In this document: positions 6,700-15,805 of the stretch, piece by piece
Numbering within the stretch: the first letter of the stretch is position 1
Layout: every line of letters starts with the position of its first letter
NCBI GenBank assembly: GCA_045545475.1
Contig: JAZQAZ010000001.1
Span: forward strand, 1 to 21,743
Direction: 5' to 3'
Source of the DNA: Clostridia bacterium
GTDB taxonomy: Bacteria; Bacillota; Clostridia; CAKSNL01; HGM11501
Length of the DNA: 21,743 nt
Made by a program: the position numbers and the translations under genes
The notes under the pieces: generated by a model
Told to the model about the DNA's origin: nothing
Seen by the model: only the letters and a program-made list of their open reading frames with translations
The model's database searches: none

Positions 6700-7722
6700 A
6701 TGAGTAAAGCGGATATTCTGTTTTTGAACAATAAGGCAATGGACGAGCTTGGCACTTCTGATATGAAAGCTGTTATTAACGATGTTGAGCAAGTGTATAC
6801 TTTAACACAGCAAGGCGACGTAATTGCTCCGGGAAAATGTGTCATGCGTTGGGGTGAGACAGTTGAAGATGAAAACATACTTGGACGTATTAATGCTATG
6901 CCCGGATACATTGGCGGAGAATATGCTATGGCGGGTATTAAGTGGATTGGCAGTGGGCCTATGAACTATAAAAAAGGTCTGCCACGTGCAAGTGTGACAG
7001 TTATACTTAATGACCCTGATACAAAATTGCCATTGTGTGTAGCTGACGGAACAAAGGTTAGTACAATGAGAACGGGTGCATCGGGAGGTGTTGCGATTAA
7101 ACATCTTGCAAAAAAAGATGCATCAGTTATGACAATTTGCGGAGCTGGAGCACAAGCACCAACTCAATTTGAGGCAGCGATGATTGTAAGACCTACGATA
7201 AAGACATTGTACATATATGATATAAAACCTGAAAATGCTCAGCGTTTTGCAGATGAGGTTACTGCAAAATATCCCGAAGTTGAAGCTATTACTACAGTTG
7301 ATGTTGAAGCGGCTGTAAGAGAAAGTGATATTATCGACTGTGTAACACTTGCAAGCGAACCTTTCATCAAAGGTGAATGGCTAAAAAAAGGTGCGCTTGT
7401 TATGAATATGGCAGATTATGAAGTTGATAATAATTGCATAAAGAGATCGGATAAGGTAGTAGTTGACTATTGGGAAAATGTTAAGCACCGTATGATAAGT
7501 ACCGTTGCACTTATGTGGAAAGACGGACAATTTAAAGACAGTGACCTTTACGCAGAAATTGGAGAAATTGTAAACGGAAGCAAACCCGGAAGAGAAAATG
7601 ACGATGAAATTATCTATTTTAATGCGGTTGGTGCTGGAATTATGGATATTGCTGTTACAGCAAGATGTTACAAGAATGCAGTAAAAGAAGGAAAAGGAAT
7701 AAAGCTTCCTTTCTGGGAATAA
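6700..7722 (+). CDS. Ornithine cyclodeaminase/mu-crystallin family protein (SbnB-like motifs)
   Basis: RINAMPGYIGG, GIKWIGS, GLPRAS, MRTGA, Rossmann-like ICGAGAQA, and the C-terminal GRENDDEIIYFNAVGAGIMDIA. Confidence 0.92.
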   Translation: MSKADILFLNNKAMDELGTSDMKAVINDVEQVYTLTQQGDVIAPGKCVMRWGETVEDENILGRINAMPGYIGGEYAMAGIKWIGSGPMNYKKGLPRASVTVILNDPDTKLPLCVADGTKVSTMRTGASGGVAIKHLAKKDASVMTICGAGAQAPTQFEAAMIVRPTIKTLYIYDIKPENAQRFADEVTAKYPEVEAITTVDVEAAVRESDIIDCVTLASEPFIKGEWLKKGALVMNMADYEVDNNCIKRSDKVVVDYWENVKHRMISTVALMWKDGQFKDSDLYAEIGEIVNGSKPGRENDDEIIYFNAVGAGIMDIAVTARCYKNAVKEGKGIKLPFWE

Positions 7723-7747
7723 AAAATTGTGGATAGGGAAACAAACT

Positions 7748-8899
7748 ATGATTATCAAAAATGGTATTATTAATGATGCTATAAATAAGGAACTCTATAT
7801 TGCAGATATCCTGATCGCTGATGGAAAAATTAAAGATATAGGTAAAAACATTGTTGCGACAGATAAAGAAACTGAAATTGATGCTTCGGGAAAGATGGTT
7901 TGCCCTGGTTTTGTAGATGCTCATTGCCATATCGGTATTTATGATCGTGCAGGGCAGGGTAGAAATACTTCAGATCACAACGAACCCAATGATCCTGTTT
8001 CTCCTCAATTACGTGCCATTGATGCAATCGATCCATTTGATAGTAATTTTGAAAGTGCCAGGAAAGCAGGGGTTACAACAGTTTGTACCGGCCCCGGTAG
8101 TATGAATGCTATTGGTGGAACTTTTATTGCCATGAAAACTGTGGGTGCTTGTGTAGATGATATGGCGATTAAAAAGGAAGTTGCAATGAAATGTGCTTTT
8201 GGCGAAAACATAAAATTTAACCACGCTAACAAGTCTATTTCTTCGAGAATGACGATAGCGTCTGTTATACGCGATATTTTGTCGAAGGCTAAGCGTTATA
8301 TGTTGGCTATTGATGCGGCGAATGGCGATGTGACGAAATATCCGGCATTTGATGCAAAACTTGATGCACTTCTTCCTGTGATGCGTGGCGAAATGCCGTT
8401 AAAGGCACATGTACACCAAGCAAATGATATTTTTACAGCTATTCGTATTGCAGAAGAATTTGGCGTTAAGCTTACTCTTGAACATGTCACCGAGGGACAT
8501 CTTATAGTTGATAAATTAATTGAATCTGGTTATCCTATGGCGGTTGGCCCAACGATGACAAATGGTGCAAAATATGAACTTAGAAACAAGTCTTGGGAAA
8601 CAGCTGTAGCGCTTTCTAAAGCGGGAGGTCATGTTTGCCTTATTACTGACAGCCCGGTTATACCCCAGGAAAACCTATCCCTCTGTGCAGGGTTTGCCGT
8701 AAAGGCAGGTATGGATCCGTTCGAGGCTTTAAGGGCAATTACGATATATGCGGCAGAGCATATTGGTGCTGAAGAAAGAGTTGGAACATTGGAAGTGGGA
8801 AAGGATGCAGACATTGTTATTTGCGACGGCAATCCGTTTGAGTTAGCTACAAAGATAGAGAAAGTTTTAATTGATGGCAAAATCGTTGTGGAAAACTAA
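7748..8899 (+). CDS. Metal-dependent amidohydrolase (imidazolonepropionase-like, COG1228 type)
   Basis: PGFVDAHCHIG (HxH), MKCAFGEN, KAHVH, LEH, ITDSP and RVGTLEVGKDADIV. ATG 7748 is preferred over GTG 7727. Confidence 0.92.
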   Translation: MIIKNGIINDAINKELYIADILIADGKIKDIGKNIVATDKETEIDASGKMVCPGFVDAHCHIGIYDRAGQGRNTSDHNEPNDPVSPQLRAIDAIDPFDSNFESARKAGVTTVCTGPGSMNAIGGTFIAMKTVGACVDDMAIKKEVAMKCAFGENIKFNHANKSISSRMTIASVIRDILSKAKRYMLAIDAANGDVTKYPAFDAKLDALLPVMRGEMPLKAHVHQANDIFTAIRIAEEFGVKLTLEHVTEGHLIVDKLIESGYPMAVGPTMTNGAKYELRNKSWETAVALSKAGGHVCLITDSPVIPQENLSLCAGFAVKAGMDPFEALRAITIYAAEHIGAEERVGTLEVGKDADIVICDGNPFELATKIEKVLIDGKIVVEN

Positions 8900-8915
8900 T
8901 CAGATTAGCTAATAA

Positions 8916-9171
8916 AAAGAAGTTGTTGAATATTCAAGAAAGCATCCCTTAATCCGTATAAGAATGGCGTGGAAGGAAAGTCCTTCTCCCATCAAGCATC
9001 AGTACGCAGGAAACGAACCTATGATGCATAGAGCAGTTACCTTTGCAAGAGTAAGGGATATTGCAGATAGCCTCCGAAGACGGTGTAACCATTGCAGGAA
9101 ACTTCTCTGATGAGGACAAGACTTATATGGGCAAAACCGTATCTGCAGGAGATTTTATTGTAATTAAATGA
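8916..9171 (+). pseudogene. Remnant of a DUF5696-like (putative glycoside hydrolase) gene: an internal fragment joined to a C-terminus
   Basis: The frame from 8916 reads KEVVEYSRKHPLIRIRMAWKESPSPIKHQYAGNEPMMHRAVTFARVRDIADSL. The +1 frame then reads SEDGVTIAGNFSDEDKTYMGKTVSAGDFIVIK* (TGA 9169-9171), followed by an AGGAGG SD. The fragment has no SD or start at its 5' end. Family call is from memory. Confidence 0.55.
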
Positions 9172-9462
9172 GGAGGATACAAATGGATGGTAACGGGAAG
9201 CTGTACTTCCGTTCGAGAGTCATGGCAAAATAATTGCAATAAAACATATAAAAAAATCAAATATGATATAATTTTCTTGAAGAGAATTAACAACATCGAT
9301 AACATTTCTTTCGGAAAAGCTGTCATTTGCGTCTTTTGACAATGTCATCCTACCTAGATGTGCAAGGATGTTTAGTGCTAAGAAATGGTAGATATATCCA
9401 TATACTTTTTTAAACTTTTATGATAAAATTATTATGAGTAAATTACGATGGAGGAGATTATT

Positions 9463-10179
9463 ATGGGATTTAGCAGAAAAGACTCAGACGAATACAAGGT
9501 GAATACCGTAGATCCGTTAAAAGAGCTTGATGTAAAAGATAATGTTTCATTTGTCAATAAAGACGGATGCGGAAAAAGAATCATGTTTGCAGGTAACTCC
9601 ACTCTGCGTCACGGTGTCAGCGAACGTATCGGATGGCTGAGGGACTGCGGTATGGCGGCGTCCTCTGAAGACAAGGATTATGCTCATATCTTGATGAAAA
9701 GAGTTTCTGAAATTGATCCTAATGCTGTTTTTCACATTACGCAGTGTTCAACCTGGGAACGTAGATTTTGGGATGATGAGGTTTATAAAAACTTTGAAGC
9801 TGCAAAGGATTTTGCACCCGATATACTTATTTATCGTCTCGGAGAAAATGTCACTTTAGATAGTCTGAAAGACCATGACCTTAAGGATGGTATAAGACAT
9901 TTAATAAAATATCTTACAGAAAAAAATCCTAATGCGGAAGTTATTTTTACTACAAATTTCTGGATTAGAGAAGCTGTGGATAATGCGATAATTGAGGTTG
10001 CTGCAGAATACGGCAAGGAGGCTCACGATTTGGGTTTAATAGGCGAAAATCCGGAAATGAAGGCACTCGGACTTTTTGAACATGCGGGCGTTGCCGCTCA
10101 TCCTGGAGACAAAGGCATGGAAGCCATCGCCGATGTTATTTGGAACGAACTTAAAGAATTAATGATGAAGGGAGAATAA
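9463..10179 (+). CDS. SGNH/GDSL hydrolase (putative carbohydrate esterase)
   Basis: Block I FAGNS, block III LGEN and block V HPGDKGM. GGAGGAG SD before ATG 9463. Confidence 0.85.
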   Translation: MGFSRKDSDEYKVNTVDPLKELDVKDNVSFVNKDGCGKRIMFAGNSTLRHGVSERIGWLRDCGMAASSEDKDYAHILMKRVSEIDPNAVFHITQCSTWERRFWDDEVYKNFEAAKDFAPDILIYRLGENVTLDSLKDHDLKDGIRHLIKYLTEKNPNAEVIFTTNFWIREAVDNAIIEVAAEYGKEAHDLGLIGENPEMKALGLFEHAGVAAHPGDKGMEAIADVIWNELKELMMKGE

Positions 10180-10181
10180 TT

Positions 10182-10535
10182 ATGAACATTCTATCAATAG
10201 GAAACAGTTTTTCGGAAGATGCACAAAGATATCTGCACGAAATTGCAGTGGCGGATGGATTTGACCTCGATACATATAACATAGTTTTCGGAGGATGCTC
10301 TCTTTCCATGCATTATGAGAATATGACAGGCAAGGCTAATCCATATTATTTTTATAAAAATTCAAAAAGCATAAAAAAAGAGGCAACTTTAGACGATGCT
10401 CTTCTTTGGTACAAGGCTTTGACGGGAAGGGATATTTCAAACATAGATTTTCATGAGTTTGACGAAGAAGTAACCGATGCGGAAATTGAAATTGCAAAAA
10501 AATGTGTAAATGAAACATTAAAGTTATACATTTAG
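10182..10535 (+). pseudogene. DUF4886-like SGNH protein with a large in-frame internal deletion
   Basis: The N-terminus MNILSIGNSFSEDAQRYL...GGCSLSMHY and a family-like C-terminus WYKALTG...FDEEVT are joined at DALL|WY. The WD.VTLQQ, TWAY and RD.FH motifs I expect in this family are missing. Only 117 aa. Confidence 0.7.
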
Positions 10536-10548
10536 GGGGGAATAAAGT

Positions 10549-13305
10549 ATGAAGAAAATTTTATGTCTGGCACTTGCGTTTATTATAGTTTTATCTGTCG
10601 TAAGCACATTTGCCGAAGAAAAGGTCTTAAAAACATCGGAAATCACACTTAAAAGCAGTGATGGTTTCACAGCAGGACCTTCCAGAATCAACGACCTTAA
10701 AAGAGGAGATTGGTTTGGGTTTAAGGGCGTTGACTTGACAGGTATGAACTCCATTTCCATCGTTGTTAAAAACGGCTTATATGCCAAAGGTTCAAGCAAT
10801 GGTGATACCTGGCTTGTTATGATCGACTCTCCCGAAAACGGCGAGGTAATAGGTAATCTTACCTTTATGCCCACAGAAGAGTATGACATAGTTGTAAAAG
10901 CAGCGCTAAAACCCGCTTCGGGCACACACGACCTTTATTTTTACAGCTTATACGGCGACAGTCTTGCAAACAACTTAAACTGCTATGACATCACTCTTTC
11001 TTCTGAAGTATATGTAAACGACACAAAGAGTGCAAAGGTGAGCGATGATGCCGTAAAAGACCTTTATGCAGATACATGGGTTGGTGTAGACAACTTCGGA
11101 AGAGCAGTGGCAACTTACGAAGAAGTTGGCGACGTAAAGGAAGGGCTTCGCGAAGTTGGTATGCTTTACTGGAACTGGAGAGTGGAGCAGGGAGTGAGCC
11201 CTGCATTTGTTATCCCCGAAGTAATAGCAAAGTATCCCGAAGCAAAAGAGGACTATTTCCACGAAGCATGGGATATAAACGGTAAATATTTCTGGGGCGA
11301 ACCTGTTTTCGGTTTCTATAAGTCCTATGACTACTGGACATATCGTAAGCACGCCGAAATGTTTGCAATAGCAGGGGTTGACGCAATTTTCCTTGACTAT
11401 TCAAACGGCGGTAATACATATCAGGGTACACTGCATATTTTGGCCCGGGCACTTCGTGATGCAAAGGCATCAGGCGTTAATGCTCCCGATCTTTCGGTTA
11501 TGTTAAACCTCGGTGTTAACACCAACAATGCGGCAAGAGCGGTGGGTGCACTTTACTACACCTGCTTTGTTGAAAATGATTATACCGACATCTGGTATTA
11601 TAAGGACGGAAAGCCCCTTCTTTACGGCTGGGCAGACTATAAAAACTATGAATCCGCCCTTGTTTCCGATGCGGAAAAAGCACTCTTTAAGGATATAGAT
11701 TCTTTCTTCAATGTTAAGTACAACGGCTCGAGAAACGGCGAAGCAAAGCCTGACGAATGGTCGTGGCTTGAATGTTTCCCCCAGACTCTCCGTGACGTAA
11801 ACGAGGAAACAGGCAGAGTTGGATATGTGGTTGTAGGTGTTGGTATCAATCAGTCCACCGTTTACGGTAAGACAGAAACCGGTGTATTTTCTGACCAATA
11901 TTGCAAGGGAAGAGCATATTCCGAAGCCTTTGGCGAGGACTACACCGAAAAGGGCATGAGAGAAGCATATTTCTTCCGTGAGCAAGCGGCATTTGCTTTG
12001 GATGCTGACCCCGAATTTATGATGATTGATGGTTGGAACGAGTGGAATACAATTCATTTTGAAGCTTACGGCAGACACAGAAACGCCTTTGTTGACCTTT
12101 TCGACTATGAAAACAGCCGTGACTTTGAGCCTAACCGTGGCCCCTTAAAGGATGATAACTACAATATGTTAATCGACCTGGTAAGAAAGTATAAGGGTGC
12201 AAGAAAAGCTCCCGTTGCAACAGGTGCAAAGACCATCGACCTTGCAGGCGATGCTTCACAATGGGATAGCGTTGGACCGGAGTTTATAAATGTATATCAG
12301 AACTATGAAAGAGATGCATACGGCTATGAAAAGGCAGGCACAAACGGAGAAAAGTGGCACTATACCACAACCGTTGTAAACTCCATAAAGGGTGCAAAGG
12401 CTACCTTTGACAATGACAACATCTACTTTATGGTAGAATGTGAAGAAGACATAAAGGATTGCAACAACTTCCTTACACTTTACTTAAACACCGACAGAAA
12501 CTATGCAACAGGCTTCGAAGGCTATGACTACATCGTTGAAAAGGGTGCAGTTTCTCGCTTTGCCGACGGTGCATATGCAAAAACAAATGTTGCAACAGTA
12601 AACTACACCATAAAGGGAAATATGATGCAGCTTGCAATTCCGAGAAGCGTAATCGGCGAAACAGGCGTGGTTGATTTGGAACTTAAATGGTCCGACTCCG
12701 TTGATGTATCAACTGATTACCTCAACTTCTATTCCGACGGTTCTGTTGCTCCCTACGGTAAGCTTAACTATCTCTTTACAGAAATCGAGCAGACAGCATT
12801 AACCGCAGAAGAAAGAGCATCTCTTAAAGCAACTTCCACTTCCGTATTAAAGGCAGGTGCGGCAAAGATTATTGCTTGCGGTGCAAAGAGATATACATTG
12901 GAATCCGATATAAGAGTTACACCCGTTGAAATAAACGGAACGCTCTACATCCCTGAGGATGCATACAACGAAGTTATGGAATACGGTCATTCCAAGACAG
13001 AGTATGACAGCATAAATAACAGATATTACACCTATCATTATGACTTGTGTGCAGACAAGAAAGAAATTATAAATAATACTTTCACTTGCACGATTTTAGG
13101 CTCAAAGGAAGTGAGAGTAAACGGAGTTATGAAGTCACTTACAAACCCCGTAATTTACGAAAACGGAAGATTCTTAATCCCCTTAACCTTAATTTCCGAT
13201 TGCTATGGTTGGGAAGTTAAGAGCCTGGGTAACGGAATATACACAGTAAGTAAGGAAGGAGCACCTGCTTCTACAGTTGAAGCTGTGCTTTCCCACTTAA
13301 ACTAA
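10549..13305 (+). CDS. Secreted modular protein: signal peptide, CBM6/35-like module, GH99/GH71-like putative catalytic domain, beta-sandwich, C-terminal copper amine oxidase N-terminal-like (stalk) domain
   Basis: Signal MKKILCLALAFIIVLSVVSTFA. CBM-like GDWFGFKGVDL...SGTHDLYF. Putative GH motifs FWGEPVFGFY, RKHAEMFAIAGVDAIFLD, IDGWNEW and SRDFEP. Stalk-like PVEINGTLYIP and PVIYENGRFLIPLTLISDCYGWEV. Confidence 0.75.
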   Translation: MKKILCLALAFIIVLSVVSTFAEEKVLKTSEITLKSSDGFTAGPSRINDLKRGDWFGFKGVDLTGMNSISIVVKNGLYAKGSSNGDTWLVMIDSPENGEVIGNLTFMPTEEYDIVVKAALKPASGTHDLYFYSLYGDSLANNLNCYDITLSSEVYVNDTKSAKVSDDAVKDLYADTWVGVDNFGRAVATYEEVGDVKEGLREVGMLYWNWRVEQGVSPAFVIPEVIAKYPEAKEDYFHEAWDINGKYFWGEPVFGFYKSYDYWTYRKHAEMFAIAGVDAIFLDYSNGGNTYQGTLHILARALRDAKASGVNAPDLSVMLNLGVNTNNAARAVGALYYTCFVENDYTDIWYYKDGKPLLYGWADYKNYESALVSDAEKALFKDIDSFFNVKYNGSRNGEAKPDEWSWLECFPQTLRDVNEETGRVGYVVVGVGINQSTVYGKTETGVFSDQYCKGRAYSEAFGEDYTEKGMREAYFFREQAAFALDADPEFMMIDGWNEWNTIHFEAYGRHRNAFVDLFDYENSRDFEPNRGPLKDDNYNMLIDLVRKYKGARKAPVATGAKTIDLAGDASQWDSVGPEFINVYQNYERDAYGYEKAGTNGEKWHYTTTVVNSIKGAKATFDNDNIYFMVECEEDIKDCNNFLTLYLNTDRNYATGFEGYDYIVEKGAVSRFADGAYAKTNVATVNYTIKGNMMQLAIPRSVIGETGVVDLELKWSDSVDVSTDYLNFYSDGSVAPYGKLNYLFTEIEQTALTAEERASLKATSTSVLKAGAAKIIACGAKRYTLESDIRVTPVEINGTLYIPEDAYNEVMEYGHSKTEYDSINNRYYTYHYDLCADKKEIINNTFTCTILGSKEVRVNGVMKSLTNPVIYENGRFLIPLTLISDCYGWEVKSLGNGIYTVSKEGAPASTVEAVLSHLN

Positions 13306-13316
13306 AGGAGGTATGA

Positions 13317-15773
13317 ATGATGAAAAAAATATTTGCAATAATTTTATCCCTTCTTATGGTTTTGCCTATGTGTATGTCGGTAAGTGCGGCAGGAGAAGTT
13401 ATCCCTGTTGAAGATACATGGGAAATTTTAGCATCAAGCCAGATGGGAACAAGCATTAAAAACGCTTTTGACGGAAAACTGCAAAACTATTGGCATAGCA
13501 AATACACAGTGGAAGATGGTGTTATTACAAATAAGGATACCGCTCCTTTTGTAATAACAGTTAACTTTGGCAAGGATATGGAAGTGTCCGGCTGGCGTTA
13601 TACTCCCCGCAGTGATAAGACTACGGGAACGGTACTTACCTATAATATCTATGCATCAAAAGACGGAGAAAGTTTTGTTAAAATCTTTGCAGGTTCATTT
13701 GACTATGCTTCAAAGAAAATAGCTGACTTCACACCCACCGAAGCTTCCTGGGGTGCATACACTATGAAGGCAATAAAAATCGAAGTAACAAGCAGTATTG
13801 GCGGTTACGGAACAGCGGCAGAAATTGAGTTTCTTAATGGAACAAACGGTGAAGCTATAAAAAATGGCGAAGCATATAAAGAGGGAAATGGAGAAGCTGA
13901 CAAAATAACATACATTCCCTTTGAAGAAAGCTGGAAGATAGACCAGACAAGTGCTTTTGGAAACCTTACAGCGGCAAAAGCCTTTGACGGAAAAACAAAT
14001 ACCTATTGGCACTCCTTCTACAAGGCGGTTGACGGAAAGGTTTCGGAAAAAGATACCGTTCCCTATACAATTAGAGTGGAATTCCCTGAAGTCAAGGACG
14101 TTTCGGGGTGGAAATATACACCAAGAACCGACAATGCTAACGGAACCATAAAAGCGTACAGCATAAAAGGTTCTGTTGACGGAACTACCTTTGAGAATTT
14201 TTATTCAGGTACTTTCAACTATACCAATAAAATAGCAGAGAACGCCCCTGAGATAGTTATCTGGGAGACGAAAAAGGCAAAGATAATAGAAATTGAAATT
14301 ACCGAAACCATCGGTGGATACGGAACAGCTGCGGAAATCCAGTTTATAGAAAAGGCGGACATTCCGATAAGTGCCGAATCTACAGAAAAAACCGAAACTA
14401 AAGAAGAAGCAGTATCAGAGGGAACTGCTAAAAACGGAGTTCCCTATCTTTCCCGAAAGACTTGGAACATAAAGGTTAACTCTGCCAAGATTGGCATCGC
14501 CCGTGCAATTGACGGGGATTTAAAAACTTATTGGCACTCTGATTATGAAGCGAAGGACGGGGCTATTTTAAGCCACGACAATCCTCCTTACTATGTGGAT
14601 ATCGACTTTGGAACAGAGCAGACTATCTCAGGTATAAACCTTGTGCCAAGACAGGATTCTACAAACGGAAACTTTATTATAGTAAATGTTTATGCGGCAG
14701 AAAAAGCTGACAGCGAATGGGTGCTCATAAGGGAAAAGGTGACTTTTGAGAACTCCACAGGTGACAAAGAATTATTCTTCCTTTCCAACATAAAAGCAAC
14801 AAAGTTAAGAATTGAGGCTGTGGCAACGCAGAAGGGTTACGGTACATTGGCAGAGGTTTATGTTTTATCTGAAAATCCTGAGCTTGAAACCGTTTCCTAT
14901 GATAAATTTAAGGAAATAGAAGAAACCGGTGCAGTTTACCCCATCGATGCAAAGAACTTTGCTGCCTCATATGACGGTAAGTGCTGGCTTAGCTACACTC
15001 CCGATAAAATCTTTGACGGCTCAACAAAGTCCTTCTGGCAGACAGAAGAGCTTAAACCCGGCGAAGAAGTAATCTTGTTTGTTGACTTAGGAAGGGTTAC
15101 AAAGGTAAAGGAAGTCGTTTATACTCCCCGACAGACAGACGATTTCCACGGATGCTGGCTTTCTGTTGATATCTACGCAAGTGCAGATGAAGAAAACTGG
15201 GTAACTCTTTTCGAGGATTTCAAAATTGAAAAGGGAAAATCTTCGATAAAATTCACTCTGCCCGAGGAAATTGATGCAAGATATTTCGAGTTTTATGTAA
15301 CAGACTATTTTGCAAAGAGAGTAAGTGCTTCTGAACTTTCCTTCTATCAGCTTGGCGGTCACGACAATTCTGAAGAAAAGTATGTGCTTAAAATCGGCTC
15401 AAACGAAATTAAATATAATAACGAAAGCGGAGAAGGAACAAAGACAATCGACGTTGCTCCTTACATCGCAGACGGAACAACATTTATTCCCCTCCGTGGA
15501 TTGCTTGAACTTATGGGTGCGGAAATTTCTTGGAACGGTGATAATCAGACAATAGGAATTACATCAGGGGGCGGTGCAGACATCACACTTCAGGTTGACT
15601 ATAAGCTTGTGTTTGTTGAAGATCCCGCCTACGGACGTGTTCGCTACACATTGAGAATAGCTCCTGTAATAAAGGATTCCAGAACCTTTATCCCCGTAAG
15701 ATTTGTATCCGAACAGCTTGGCTATAATGTGGCGTGGAACGGAGAATCGCAGGAAATTACAATTACTAAATAA
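13317..15773 (+). CDS. Secreted protein with four discoidin/F5-8 type C (CBM32-like) modules and a C-terminal stalk domain
   Basis: Signal peptide, then repeats AFDGKLQNYWHS, AFDGKTNTYWHS, AIDGDLKTYWHS and IFDGSTKSFWQT, each followed by (YT/LV)PR and AE(I/V)/SEL. C-terminal APYIADGTTFIPLRGLLE and APVIKDSRTFIPVRFVSEQLGYNVAWN. Confidence 0.88.
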   Translation: MMKKIFAIILSLLMVLPMCMSVSAAGEVIPVEDTWEILASSQMGTSIKNAFDGKLQNYWHSKYTVEDGVITNKDTAPFVITVNFGKDMEVSGWRYTPRSDKTTGTVLTYNIYASKDGESFVKIFAGSFDYASKKIADFTPTEASWGAYTMKAIKIEVTSSIGGYGTAAEIEFLNGTNGEAIKNGEAYKEGNGEADKITYIPFEESWKIDQTSAFGNLTAAKAFDGKTNTYWHSFYKAVDGKVSEKDTVPYTIRVEFPEVKDVSGWKYTPRTDNANGTIKAYSIKGSVDGTTFENFYSGTFNYTNKIAENAPEIVIWETKKAKIIEIEITETIGGYGTAAEIQFIEKADIPISAESTEKTETKEEAVSEGTAKNGVPYLSRKTWNIKVNSAKIGIARAIDGDLKTYWHSDYEAKDGAILSHDNPPYYVDIDFGTEQTISGINLVPRQDSTNGNFIIVNVYAAEKADSEWVLIREKVTFENSTGDKELFFLSNIKATKLRIEAVATQKGYGTLAEVYVLSENPELETVSYDKFKEIEETGAVYPIDAKNFAASYDGKCWLSYTPDKIFDGSTKSFWQTEELKPGEEVILFVDLGRVTKVKEVVYTPRQTDDFHGCWLSVDIYASADEENWVTLFEDFKIEKGKSSIKFTLPEEIDARYFEFYVTDYFAKRVSASELSFYQLGGHDNSEEKYVLKIGSNEIKYNNESGEGTKTIDVAPYIADGTTFIPLRGLLELMGAEISWNGDNQTIGITSGGGADITLQVDYKLVFVEDPAYGRVRYTLRIAPVIKDSRTFIPVRFVSEQLGYNVAWNGESQEITITK

Positions 15774-15805
15774 TAAAAGCGTCAATTTAAGAAAGGAAGA
15801 TTAAA

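Noticed and set aside
9300-9372. Weak inverted repeats (TGTCA/TGACA, CATCCT/AGGATG) upstream of the SGNH gene as a riboswitch or operator
   Set aside because: The stems are only 5-6 bp, with no recognisable aptamer consensus or expression platform.
11503-12078. 191-aa antisense ORF and the many other short overlapping or antisense ORFs in the track
   Set aside because: They shadow well-supported genes and show no recognisable motifs.
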